Source: Balanoglossus misakiensis | Lineage: Eukaryota; Animalia; Hemichordata | Length of the DNA: 64,000 nt | Direction of reading: 5' to 3' | NCBI GenBank assembly: GCA_040954595.2 | Contig: CM082585.2 | Location: 9,474,564-9,538,563 of the forward strand | Shown: positions 46,101 through 60,300 of the stretch, one piece after another | Position numbering within the stretch: position 1 is the stretch's first letter | Layout: each line of letters begins with the position of its first letter | Program-made: the position numbers and the translations under genes | The notes under the pieces: generated by a model | What the model was told of the DNA's origin: nothing | The model's database searches: none | Seen by the model: the letters and a program-made list of their open reading frames with translations, nothing else

Positions 46101-49100
46101 TGGAGACAACAGTTACGCGGCTTAATTTTTAGACAAACATGTCCCTTTGGAGCAAACAGTACATTTTCTGAACATGAATTTTCCATTTGTGATGTTTGCA
46201 TACTATACATGCTGTTTTATGTTTGGCTCTTTGTACACATAGGCCGGATAAACGCAGAAATATAGGGAATACTGGGACCACACGAAGTCCCAACAGGTAT
46301 GGCAGGCGTCTGGTGTTTTTGCTAAAGCAGACAGCCGCGTGCTCCAAGTGGAATTTGATTTTTATTAAAATTAAAGGAAGGCTCCTAATTGCGTGGGCTG
46401 GGTATGAGATCTGCAATAAATCACAAGAAAATGAAAGCACGCGCGCGCCTGAATGCGTCGTCTCAGAGTTGACGTTCGGTCTCTTTTGTTGCCGTAAAAG
46501 AGTACAGCGTCCCTCATTTTGGGACGCCCTCTTCAATTCGACGGTCAATTACAGCGCTGGTTGAATACACGTCGAGTCACGTCAAACACGACTATGATGG
46601 GAATTCACGCGTACGCTAACTGAATTCAGAAAGATGGCTGTATGAATAATAGATGAAAAGAAAACCCCCGTCATGTTTTATAGAGCAATTAAATTTGATA
46701 AATGCCATCTATGACAGGCCGTGGCAGCTAATTTACAATTCCTCATTCTTAGCCTTGCTGTTAATACACTCCCGAAGAGCTGCCTTACTTTCATTAAATA
46801 ATGCGTTTCAAATTCGAAGGGATAATTAGACTAGGGGCGCTGTTTCTAGCATTGTTGATCGCGTCGCCCGGAGCCAGGGTTAACGTGAGGGAGAGGCGAG
46901 ATAACGGGAGATTATCAGACGATACACGGTTGCGGTGTTGTTGCATGGATCGGGGAACACGACAAGGTGATAAAGTGATCGAACTATAACTACTTTCAGG
47001 GGGCGAAAAGAGTGAATATAAAACTAAATGCCCAAGCCGAACCTTTTTTTAATATAGATAGATACGGTTGATCTGGTTATTTCTGATTTCGTCTGGTTGC
47101 TGAAAGTTCTTTGTTTCCGGTAGTTTTCAAACAGAAAGGCATGATGTATAGAGAAAGAAGCCCAAAATTCTTCCTGACAGTTTTTTTCCAATGTCACATG
47201 GGGCATCCGGCGTATATTTAATCATAAGCGACTTTAGTGAGAGTTTATTAATTTCCCATTAGATGAAGAATAAGACATTATTAACCACTTCATATTTGAA
47301 ATAACGAGGCAAATTAAGTATTATGCACCAGAAAAAGGTGACGTGTGAAAGTATAATATAGGTTTGAGTGAATGAAACAACAGGACAATATCACTTATCG
47401 ATTCTGACCAGATATCGAATTTGCATGTTAATTAGTCCGCCATAAATATGATTGCCTCCATAGGGTTTAAGTGCCCGGGAGAAATAACACGCATGGAATC
47501 TTTGGAGACGGAGGACGTGACAGTTCAAATTGATCTCTGGGAAATATGGACAGTGGTCAGGGGACGTTACTTCCAAAGAAAAAAAAACTTTTATTTCATA
47601 AGATATATCCCTCCACTTGTATTATCACATCATCGAGCACTCTGACAGCAGTACTTACAGCGAACTTCTAATACTGTTGAGACGTTCAAATTTCTCAGCG
47701 GCTATTTTCTATTCTTGCCGAATTGACGACATGTTGATGGATTTTAAAATTTTATACGAGTCACATGTGCGAAGAAATGACAAGAGCCAGACCTAAGCCA
47801 TCATTTTTTTCATAAATATGCCTGAGGCACTTAAATTAGGAAAATGATATGTTTTCATTCAAAGCGTGAGATATGAAAACCAAAATTAAATATTCGATCT
47901 TTTTTTCAAAAACCACAACAAGATGATCAATATTAAATGCTCTTTAAAAGTGTATGAATAGGTTCTGAGTTCGTGGATTGGTCGCTGTGCACTAATCATG
48001 TGACCTGCTTTCATTATTTAGCATCTGTATTTGTGATCTGTGAATATTTCAACGATCTGGCATATAAGGCGATTCCAATGGACTGCAGGGTGCTAAGATA
48101 ACACCGTTGTTCATGAAAATCCTTCGAGAAACACGGCTAATAGATGTAACCCGCAACGATAAAGAATACAATTCTATCCTTCGGGGTGAACGTGTCACAT
48201 GAATGCATATCTCTTGCTTTAAACCAAAGCCTGCGTGACCCAGGGATAAGACTCATACATTTTGTTGGCTATTGAATGTTAAAATATAATCTTTCTCCAT
48301 TGCCCTTTCGTCTGTTTAATCTTACTTTTCTTTGTTAAAATATTCTTTGTGAGCTGTTTTGTCTGTCCGTGTCTGTGTATCACACACATACACACAAAAT
48401 CGCGTTTGCGTGACACCCTATATGATATATTTAACGATTTATGTGACGTCACGCGGATGGACTTGAGAAAATATTTTGTTGAAATAATTGCCATATATAA
48501 GATTTCGACCTGTGCTTACGATCTTGTCAACATTGGAAACAGAAACACTAAAGTCCTTCCCAGACAGACGTTTCAATATCCCGAGGCTTAGAGGTTAAGC
48601 CTACTGTGTACACGCCTTCCTTCAGATCAGTTATTCGAACCCAGACAACTTTCTAAATTTGATCTTGTTACCCCATGTCCAATTCCGTCGCCCACCCGGC
48701 GGTTGCCACTGTGCGCGCCTCGCTCTCAATCATTCCGCTACAATAGCGTAACAATGCCCACCTTTCCAGCGTCCTAGCAACGGCCTATTAAGTCAATATA
48801 CCCTGGTCATATATCTGTTTGATATGAAGTATTCACGGAAGCCACGATTTGAACAAAATTAATGAGTTCAATTTTCCCTGTGTTTATTTCCTCTCGGTAT
48901 ACTCAACTTTATGTAGCTGTCTGGGAATAGTTTCATTGTGGATGTAAAAACAGGCGTGTAACTGCCCTATTTGCCAGACCAATTTTAACGTTTACGGGAA
49001 TTAAACGCGGGGAACGTGGGTTCTAGCTGTTTTCATCATAAAGTAAGCGATGTCGTTATACACATGCTTCTGCTAAGTTGGTTATTTGTTCGTTTCTCGT

Positions 49101-50731
49101 CACAAATATTAGGCATTCTTTGTCATTACTGATCAATTATCCGAAACACTCCATCGTTATTTTGGGAACACGCACGAATACACACTTTTTGAACCAGATG
49201 GTGCCAACAGTGGGCCTTAATTATATTTGAGTGAGTAATCTTGAAAAAAACCTTTAAGTTTTATGAAGTGGCATCTTTGTCTCTGAAGGTTATCGTCATC
49301 ACTGACTACACGGTACCTTTCAACACAGCACGCGCCGTTAATGATCCCGCGCTCGCTTGCGTGAGAGATCTCCTAGACAGCGCATCGTATGCCCATGGAT
49401 TGAGTGCCCTCAGTTAAAGTTCGGCGTCTAAAGTCAACGACCCCCATCTACAGCCGTCGCGAGTCGACACCAGCCTGCATTCTATCAAATCTCGCCTACA
49501 AACGCATCCTTGACACAATAAATCAGTAAACCCTTGAGAATTTAAATCTACGGTGAGATTTGGCGGATAATGCACTAAGGCTATATACATTTATGGAATA
49601 CTAGTATTTGTTGAAAAGTGGGTTGACCTTTGTCGCAATTAAATGATGACGTCATCAAAGAGCCGTACACGCTTCATCATGTTTACGTCCACGGCGATAA
49701 ACCGCGAGGAATTATGGTTTTAAAATCGATTACCTGTTCAGATAACTGCCGCTAAGATCTTTTTCGTGAGAAAATACACAAAACTCAGTTGTCATTGACG
49801 ATACTGGCTAATTACATAAAAAATTCTGCTGCGTGTGTAAATACCGAGAACTGAGAAATGGTTTGAGTTTTTCAAATGTCGGGTCTGTTTGCGTCAATCG
49901 TAATTTGAGCAAACGAGTTCCCACCACGACGCCAATACACCCCGGTACCTCATTACTTTCGAACGACAGACAGTTTGGGTTTCCCGTGCCGTCTACAATT
50001 GAAAAACGAACTTTGGAAATTAAATCGCCGACACTGGCAAAACTAAATACCGAAATATCACGTGACTAATTGCACTATTTTATTCATAGACCGCGAGCTT
50101 TCAGGCAGATTATTGGCTGGTGAGAATGCCTTAACTGACGGGCCATTACTCTCGAATTCCCTCTTGTATATTAGTCACATATTTACGCCTCGGGATATCG
50201 GCAGGTATTAGTCTTGTATTTCAAAATATTGTCTCGCAGCACACGACTTTCAGCAGTCTGGAAACGGTTAGTCGCGTACGAGTAAGATTTTTCGCTTGTA
50301 TTTGCCAAAGGATGATAGGGCCGAAAATTGATATTAAATTATTAAACAAAATTGAGCTCGTGTAAATCAAACGTTAATCTGGGGTTGGCGAATGCGCGAG
50401 CGTGCGTGCCAAATTGGCCAGGCGTGTATGATGGCCAATCGCAAAAAGCGCAATATCACACATCACACAGTTTGCGGACAACTTCACTACTTCTGCGCCG
50501 TATAATTAACCTTACTGACTCCCTTATTAACCTACCTTGCTCCGCCGACAGGATCTTGTCCGGGTCGCACAGCCAAGACTCGTTTCCATGGTGACCACAG
50601 ATCTCGGTGTCGACTCGCGGGTCGGGAAACGAGAACTTGGTCCAAGCCGTGGACAGCGCCGAGGAGTGGATGACGTCACAAACACAACAGAGAATGACGG
50701 TGTATGAAATTACATAGGCAAATAGTTTCAT
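43164..50731 (-). CDS. MOLO-1-like TPM-domain type I membrane protein, 4 coding exons, 260 aa
   Basis: Exons 50536-50731, 44289-44421, 43864-43996 and 43164-43484 are in phase (783 nt). Signal peptide MKLFAYVISYTVILCCVC..., FPDPRVDTEICG...SWLCDPDKILS, CDCQGC...IVAVAIVPKI, FAEFL...GRCGNDVILFVSRDDRQ, YFQSGEVYEGV, one TM helix (VSFVLTLIFIGFGIGAVMFVL) and a short basic tail. This is the layout of metazoan TPM/MOLO1 proteins. Confidence 0.85.
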
Positions 50732-53165
50732 TGTAAGAAAAGCATTACGGACAGCTGAAGCTACGCCCTGCACTGCAGCGGATTATTAATGTCCGTCTTC
50801 ATGCACACACGGTGTGCGCGTATTGCTATCGGGATCAAACCCCCGCGGCATTTTGAATATTATATCGTGATATCACAGATTACGAAGCTGTTATTGCTGT
50901 GTTCTGTTGCTCTGACAGGTCACGGAGGCGTCATCAGATGACGAAGAGACGCGGAAAATGAATTATTTATTACGTGACGGGGAGAAATTGTTACTCTGTG
51001 ACACAAGACCTTCTAAGACGAGAATGTGTAATGCCACGTCGTCGAGTCGGATGTATGATATCCGGGGGGTTATAACCGGGCTTCGTTCAATCTGTAGACG
51101 GCCAATTTACTTTCCTCTCTGCTCAAGGCGCGTTTCCACATCTGACACAGGGCAAGTCTGCAAAGCTTTGCCGCGAGAAAATCCTCACCTTTCCTCTTGG
51201 CAGGATGGCATATCACAGTAATCAAAGGAACGACGATTCGTGCGAGAGAGAGAGAAAATAGGGAGCCCAGGGCAAGACAAAATTGAAACTCTCCACTGTC
51301 GTTTCCGTGAGTGCGTGTGCGTGAATAGCAAGGACTTCAACAGTTCAAAGAAGACGGTCACGACACGACGCGACAAATTCTCACGCAATTTCTCCCGCCT
51401 GTTGTGGATTCAGTAACGCCGTTTTCCATCCGCGTTAATACTTCCCAGCTGTTCCAAACCCGAACGGGTGCGGTTGAATATCGGTATTTGCCGCAAATAG
51501 CTCAGCCGTCTTGAAGTAAGGAGTGTTGACAAACGCGACTTTTTACCAACATGAGTGGCGCGCACACAGTACTCTCACAGTCGATAACCCTCGCTTATTG
51601 ATGTCTGATCACCCGCCGACAACTTGGACATGCTCAGGGCCGATCGTTCACGTCAATCTCAAATTCTCCATAGCTGACAGACGTGGTGACACAGCTCCAA
51701 ACTGCAGGTAACACAACTTTGGGACGCCCCACAATCTCCAACAGGATCTAAAACAGCATCAAGCGCAGACTAGAAACACGTTCTGTCAGAGAGAAAAAAA
51801 GGTTCACATAAAATATGCATCAAATATTAAAATTAGTATGTAAATTAAAACACGGGGGTAATCAGGACCTGATGATGACATTATTTTGAAAGAAATGCGA
51901 CAGGCGTTTCATGCAAACCCGAACCTATCAATTTACAAGTCACGAAGTAAGATATCGGTCTATGATAACCGAGACGCGATAGCGCTAATTAAGTCGTATT
52001 TACTACTTGAAAAATTTAACCAGTTATTATTTTCACAAATTTCGTCCTAAGATTAATTTCACGGGAGTATAATGGATGGAGTATTTTAAGTGGAAAATAA
52101 TCCACATGAATCGAACAAATATTGCCCCGCATAGCCTGAATACTCGCCAGTTGCATCTAGATGATATGAAAATATATCTCTCGTGAGAATTCAATAGCCC
52201 CCGCAACGCAGCGACCATCAACCAATACGTCATCATTAGGACTTGAACTAGGAACAGTCAGACGACTGCTGTGGGCCGCTGATGAAAGCAGTGTCCTGAC
52301 GGCCGGGATATTGTGCCCGCGCCGTAAACCACTTTTGACGGACGGAATTCAAAACTCGTCAACTCACCAGCGCGATCGCTTAGCGCTGCTCACTTACGAC
52401 GCCGAGGCCTCGTGTGGTTTCGGTTCGCACTCAAGAAGCCAATAAGTGCAGCTATCACTCCGCGCCGCGCCAGTAAAAAAAATCTCAGACCCCGGATGAC
52501 GACAGAGCGACTCTCGCTCAGTTCCAAAAAGGAAGCTAATATATTGGTTTCCGTGACGACCGATGATTGAATGTCAGAGTAATAGAGCAGTGGGTAAACA
52601 TTTCTCTCTCTTTTTTTTCTTTTTAAAGTGAAAAGGAAAGACCAAAAGGTCATGGTAACCAGTTGTCAATTAGAAAAACAGCCAACGCAGTTGAACCCAT
52701 CCTCTCTGTGACGTAATCGAGTTTGTGCTCGGGAAAACAAACAAGTGGCTAATGCAACGATGGACTAGTTCTATTGACTTGTCAATGAAATATTTATATT
52801 ACAATATTGATTGGCTGGGCCGTGAAAGCCGCCAAATGCAGGTCTCTATAATTATATCTGCGCCGTTGACATAGTCAACAAGTTCGATGCTGTTTCACCC
52901 TGGTTAGTCCGTGTGCGTGGCACGGTTGAAAGGTTGTACGCGAGGTACCTATAGCAACGACAAATCTTGTCAAATATACTTTTTTCGATTTGACTGACAG
53001 GTGCATAGTGTTGGGTGCCAGATTACAATTTAATTAACCGCGTTTATGGTTTGCGCGTTTATGCGTCGATATGGTTTCTTTGGATAGACTTTTAAAACTG
53101 ATTGGAAATTTAAATATTTAAGCCAATTACACCATGTGTTGTGGATACTGGCGCATTAAAAATGT

Positions 53166-53188
53166 TGACTGACTGACTGACTGACTGA
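53166..53188. repeat. (GACT)n short microsatellite
   Basis: GACTGACTGACTGACTGACTGAT seen directly. Confidence 0.8.
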
Positions 53189-56100
53189 TTCTGACTTTTT
53201 CAAGGAAAAGAGACGCAGAAACACACAGAGATTCACAAAAGCGAATAATCCGAGTCACTTCCGACAAAACAGCGCTAAACTCATTGGAGCTGATACAAAG
53301 ATTATATCGGACAGTGCCGTTGGTATTGATAACTAAATTAATGTCCAAACTTAAATTCGATTTCCAAAATAGAAAAAAGTACAGGACAAATTATCAGAAC
53401 GACAACTAACTGCCACTTTAAAATTTTCGTCTCTTCAGGGAGAAGTCACAAAAGTTAAGTTGGGGGTTTAATATCTCAGCCACTGGAGACATATAGCGTT
53501 AACAGGGAGCCATTTTATCATGACTAGGACGTGTAACAAAAATCGGACTAGCGCCCTTAAATTTTAAAAAATACTCTTTTCATTTATCCATAAAGTACAC
53601 GTTCTGAAAGCCTGCATATTGGGAAAGTCAACTGTTTGCTCTGCATGACCCTTTGTTTAATCAAGGATCACGTGACAAAAGAAAGCTTTTATATAGCAAT
53701 CTTTGCATTGAATCCTTTTTATCTGTGCTTCATTCATTTGTCACGTCTATTTAATTAAATCTCTGACGAGAATTTAATCCCTTTGGGAACGCCACAAAGT
53801 AAATCCCAGGCTCATGTTTACAGAAATCCGTGATACGCCAGAGTTTTATCCTCGGGGCAAATTTCCATCGCAGATCGTATGGTGTTTTGTAGGACTGGAG
53901 AAATCCTTAATATTTTATAACGGTTCAATTCTGAGAACGTGAAAACGATTATCATACCAGACAAACGGCCGGATTCCTCGGCATTCATGATTTCAAAATA
54001 TGTGGCCGGACTTTCGGTGTGCGCAAGGTGTCCCCAGTTAATTTCCCCAGTTAAGTATCTTTCAACTCGAATTTTTTGCGTGACCCTTGGCTCGAGGAAT
54101 GTGAATGACGCAATTTCCCGACTCCGATTGTCGGTAGCGATGGAAACCACAGAAATGTTTAAAATTCTTCGAATGACAACACGTGGAGGCGCACGCGGCC
54201 GCTAATGTATTGTACACAAAAGGGGTTTCTTCGACCGCCGGTGGCGGTGCTTGCCTATTGAACTGAACCCAGAACTCAACCAGTCAGGCTGAACGTTGCG
54301 GGCGTTTCAGTATTATTAAAGTGCTCAACAATTCTACTAAACCCTTTCCCTGACTTCCTAATTCGAATCTATCACATCAAAGAACTTCGGTTTTGCCATC
54401 TCTCTCTCACAACTTCTCTCTTTCTCTCAATCCCTCACAGCCTCACACACACATACACACACCATACTAACCAGATATACACCCCTATGTGTGGGAACGT
54501 TGCCAGTGGCAACTGCTATTTGTCAAATCACCTCACAGGTTCCATCAAGATGTGCACGCTTATTCAGCAGTGCGCGCGCACCACGTTGACAGATTTCGCG
54601 ATCCCAGCTTGCGTCTATCCATCAACTAATTTAAAGTTCGAGTAAGTAATTCTAAGTGTTGCAATTAACCAGATTAATGCTTTGTTTCTGAATTAGTTCC
54701 ACAATAAATCAACTGAACTGATCTCTACACGGAGGAGCCTGTCTCGGGGGGACAGCCAGCCACGCTCCGGACCTAATGAATCGAAACAGCGCCGGTTTAT
54801 TACACGTGTTTAATCAGTGACGATGCCGGGGTCTGTCAATTTCAGAGATTACATTTTCTTCTGTTTCGTGCCATTTTTGTTGACGCAAGCGTGAACTGTT
54901 CGCTGCGAAGGACAGCGCGATGATGGACGTTGCCAAGGCTACGCGGATAGGTGGGTCTTGAGTAGCGAGTATATTTTGAGACTTAAGACAACTATTTCTA
55001 TATCTGTCTGAAGAAGCTTTTGCTGTAATACTTATACTAATCGGGAGGCAAAATTATTGGACTGCAACTGAAAGTACCAATCGACTCCGATTGCATTTTA
55101 GTGAAATTGCTTGAAACAGGGAAATATGCCCATCCCATGAATTCACCGTACCGGACAATCCAGACGCGCGCGCACAAACATGAAGCGCGCACCGGGCTGC
55201 GTCCAAGAAGGTCGCATACGCCACACAGCTTCCATCTGATCTTGGTCGGCGGAAAACGGCTGGCCCTGCCCCGTCTACGAGCGCTTTTAATGTCGTGTAC
55301 ATGCTTGTAGAAAACGTTTGCCAAGAATTCAATTGGAATTTCACAAGCGGATAATTGGCGACAAATATGCCCAGAGTGTTTGCCTGTAACATTTAGCCAC
55401 AAAGCTAACAGAATACGGTGTGACAAGTTAGCGGTTGTACTGTTTTGATACGTAATTAGAGTGTGTGCTATGAATTCAATCTGATTAAATTAATTAGGCA
55501 CGGAGTAGTAATCCGGGGTATTAGCTGTAAGTCAGTGACATTGTAGCCCGCAGCGTTCGCCTAATCCTGATAACACAAGTCACTGAATCATTCCTCCTCT
55601 TGACTCCCTAACTCTGTGCGGATTCTCAACCGCGCTCTACCGAGTTCCCTCCCAACAAATTTCCGCCGCCCGCAATAAATTACTTAACGATAAAACATCA
55701 GGGCTTTGCGCCGAGGAAAAACACATCCTATTCTAATCAAATTAGCGTGTTAGTTGGCAAACGTACGCGTGCACACGTGGAGCGCTTATAAGTGACAGTG
55801 CGCTTCGGGCAAGCGACGCGTTGAAAATGCAGCTTTGGGTGCGAAAAAACGGAACTCTGGGAAACTCATCATGCCCATTAAACATTATTGTTTGCAGAAA
55901 GCTCTCTTCAAACGTCAATTACACATCCATTTCCCGTGAAAACACAACATAAATAAACAACAATTATAACATTTTTCAAAGTTTACCGATTACCAACTAA
56001 GCAACATCAAAACTTCAGTTTCAATTGATGTTATTTACTTGAAAGAAATATTGCTACCCTAGTGAAGACGTCAAAGATATCCCCCCATAAATGGCGCTGA

Positions 56101-57308
56101 ATCCGATGCCCTGCGTTTATGATGTAGTGTATACTTGTCGCCTAGGAGACGATCACTCTGGATTACGAGCTCCTCACACCGATCACGTGACCTACTCCTG
56201 GGGGAATTGTACTCATATTTAAGGTGGAAGGCTTTAGGTGTCGCGCCCCCGGGCGGTCCACTGTGTCCCCAATGTTGTGCTCGTAATTACAGGGTCTAGC
56301 CGTAAATCTCACATCATTAGCGGTGGATTTGTTAATAATTATAGACTTAAGGAGTCTTATCGGCGAAAAGGCCGAGTTGGAGAGAAGTTGGGGGTAATTT
56401 CATTAGTAGGCAGGCTTGCCCAGCTGTCGAGTCGGTACCGCTACATTGCCATATTGACCGTATAATCCGTGGAATTGAATCAGTCAGTCTAAACGTCGAT
56501 TGTGTGTAAAACAGTATCAGACCACGAGTTCCACCCGTTTCCAAACTGCTGGTCTGCCGCGCTCGCTGTTTCCGAAGTTCCCGGCGCAAACTTTTTTCCA
56601 AGTCGGCTTTTTATTTCTCTCGAAGGGTGCGCTCGGTCAATGCGGTGGTGGCAACGTTCACTTTCACCTTCGCGGTTAGAGATGAAAGCGTCACCAGCGA
56701 CTGCCTAGCTTCAAATCAGCGGTATTTTTACGTAGCTAACGCATAGATTTTACGCCGAGAAGATATAGCTCGACGGCGAGCGTGTACACCGTGTTAATCG
56801 GAACGAGACTCATCCAAGGTCCCAAAGTTGGCGTGTTTGGAACCAATTTGACGTCGATTGCACGACAACACACTGCTCGGGTTTATCAACGCATCATTCT
56901 GCAGATATCATATATGACAATCATTAACTTTATTCTACAAAGTGAGTTTCTCCACTAGGCGATGGTCTCTTGTCTGAGTTACTAGTCCAGGCGACATCGG
57001 GAATCGCGAACGGGCATTCTGAATACTGTGATTGCGGGAATAAGAATTAGGGTGTCGGGTACTATTTTTTACGTACGAGCTGGCGAGCTGATCCCATTCG
57101 CTGTTTATCGAATAGGAGGGTTGTATTTGCTTGAGAAGTTGAACAAAAATACAAAGTGTTTTAAATAATATCTCGTAGTAAAGACCCCGGGACTAGAAGT
57201 TTCATATTGGTCCAAACCAAGATATTTATGACCAAGAGCAACTTATCGACCGCATAAAGAACAAATTACGAGCATATCAAAACCAGTGGACGACAGACCA
57301 AAATCAAA

Positions 57309-60300
57309 ATGGAGGAGCTGGCAGCGTTCGTCACCAAATCCTTCGACAGTCCCGCCAAGAGGAAAACCAAGGAGACCAAAAAGAGCCCGGACTGCCGATG
57401 CGACGACGTCGGCAGCGAACAGGACAAGCCGAGACGTGACGACAACCACTGCAGCGAGACGTCATCGGCGGCGGTGGTGGTCGCAGCGGCGAAAGAGAAC
57501 CACTGCAAAACGACGCACAGCCGCGAAGACAGTCCACAAGAAAACAGAAGCAACGACAAGGCGGCGGAAGAAAGCGACGCAGAGAACCACGAAGATACTC
57601 CCTGCGACAAATACCTAGGTAGGTTTACAATTTCCGGATAACGAGAAATAACCGTGATGTACTTTTGATTAGATACATGTACATAAGTAAGCTCGAGTTT
57701 CGTAATATCGTCTGCGATTAACAGACCTAATCACTTCCGGACTTAACATGCCAAAGAACATCCACATAGGTCGAGGTTTCTCAATTTATGACAAATAACA
57801 TGATGTATTATATGTTTTTTTTGGAAAAATCTCCGTACAATTCTTTTTTCTATGTGTATCTCTTCACAGTCATACAAGTTAACCGTTGCAACATATTCCC
57901 GTGACTCATACTGAGACGGGTTAACTCGATTTTGTTTCTACAAATATACTTAGTATTTAGTGAAAACGGTATCCCAAAATTTGTTGATCGTCACAGCCTT
58001 TCCGAATAACGCTTGTGAGAGAATGCTATTCTATCTCAAGTTTGTGAGAAATTGGTATATTGGATATTTATTGTGTCACAACGAGAAGAAAGCGGCACCG
58101 GGCCAAATATTTCTGTATTAAAAACTACAAGTTACTAAGATTTTACTCTACAAATTTCTGAAAGGATTAACAAAACGCACTTGTGGTTGTGCACGGACTC
58201 ATATTTTAATGCTCCAGCATGATGAAATGCCAAAAGCAGAACGATAGCTGAACGACCCGTGTAAAACAAATGCAAATCCGATTTTTTCCTCGTGTCGTGA
58301 AAGACATCTCAATTTCTGCAGTCAAAAACAAATTGATGTTTCTGTAAAGTTGCCAAGTACAGAATCATTAAAGTGACCATAAAACGGGGATACGGTTGAG
58401 CGGCTCGAACTTCGTGAAGTACAAGTTCGTTATCACAGAACCGACGGGCGAACACCAAAGACCCACTACTTGTAGCCTTCGGCCATTTTGACAACAATAT
58501 GTTCCTTCTACATCAAGACAGAAATTCAACGTCTACAATTATGAATGAAGAGAATTGAAAAAATAAGTCAAAAGTTACAACTAAACGGAGAACATCTTTT
58601 TGCTATATTTTTGGTAAAACCAAACGCGAGCAGCGATCGCCTGTCTTAGTACAGCGCATTAGCAAGCTTCGTCTGTATATCTGAACCACTACCATCCCAT
58701 CCCATCCCAACACGAACTTCTTGGCAGTTGTTTTTTCTGGTCTGGCGCGCTTTTTGTTGTCTTATTGCCGACGTGCGCGTTCTTTTATTCGTGCTTCATC
58801 CATGAGCGAGTTTTGTTCCCTTCCCATCAATCCAACCGAACTCGTTATATCTGACGCCACCCGCTTATTGTACTCGCCATGTCAGGCTTGGTGGCTCACT
58901 GACTACCTTAGCCGCGAGGCACGGCCCAAATTAGTCAGCTAAAGTTTTAACTTAATGAATTGGATGCGTATAATTGGTTTCAATCTTGTCCCCCGGGGAA
59001 GCAGAAGAGATACAAAGGCGCACGTTACATGCACGGCTGGTCGTCAAATTGTTGCATGTTTTTGATAGCTTCTCCGCGAGATGCGCGATTCTTCCAACGG
59101 CCGTTGTGATAATTGCGGTTTGCGGGCATTCGCGTGAAACTCGCTTGGGATAGCGTAATAGAACAACAATCTTCGCGAGTGCGCACGATGTCGGAGTCCG
59201 AAGTGCCCAAGTCCTAGGGTGAAGAACTTTCAACTTCAATTATAATTTCTGGTCCAGCGATCACACATTACATGGCTTCTGGCATTTGAGAATGGTCAGG
59301 AACTTGAAGGACTAAGTCATCGTGATGGTGAAAGATTGTATATTAGTATTAATATTTCTCTAAGTTCTTATCATATCGCTATTAAGCAATTGATGCGTGA
59401 TTACCAATGGTTCATTGCCATTTTCACAGTCATTGGACACTTTTGTAATAATTGTTATATTCTACTGAAGCGTGGGGCGAGGATTGAAACGAAATTACAT
59501 TTTCAACGAACTTATTCTATCAAACGTCACGAGATGTTGTGTTAAATGGATGGTAGCAAAGATGATATAATGTAGTTCCCGCGGATTAATATGCAACGAA
59601 GACGATCAGAGATCAGCTGTGCGCGTTTGTATCAAGGGTGCCACACTATCAATAAAGTTATGCAGTGTTGTGTTTACTGTCAACTGCACTCAAAACACGG
59701 TCCAAAAGAGTTTCGCGGTGGTTGGTCATTTTCCTGACAAGCCCGCTAATTGACTGCAACATGGTTGTAGTGGTGCCACGCTGTTAGACCAGTCTCAAGA
59801 ATGCATAGCATGGTTCGCAGTCGCGTCTCACAGTCTACGTTTTAGACGAATCGCCTGTGGTTTGTCCAGTTTTGTAGTTCCTGCTTTTAATCCCCCGATA
59901 AAGCCGCATCCCGTTCGGCCAATCTGGCACGGTGGATGGGATCGGAACACTTTCCCCTCGCCAAAGAAAATATGTTCAATTTGTCTGCTGTTACAATAAA
60001 AGTTTACATCTCCCCTTCTCCCTCTCTCAAACTCAGCTCAGATTTGTGGAAAAAATTACAATGGCGGAACAGAATTTTCCTGCCAAGGTTCATATTTCAT
60101 GAGCGTATATGAGTATCATTATTGCTGTTCACGTAGTCCGGGGGGGGGGGGGGTCTGAGGAATCATTTATCTCTTTTTGTATCAAATAGATGTGTCCCTA
60201 AGTAGGCCTACATTTGAAAATCGTCATGTAAAAAAATGGCACCTCGTTCCCGATTCAGGTATCCGGAATACCTTCTGAAGAAGAAAAAAACTTTTAAAAC

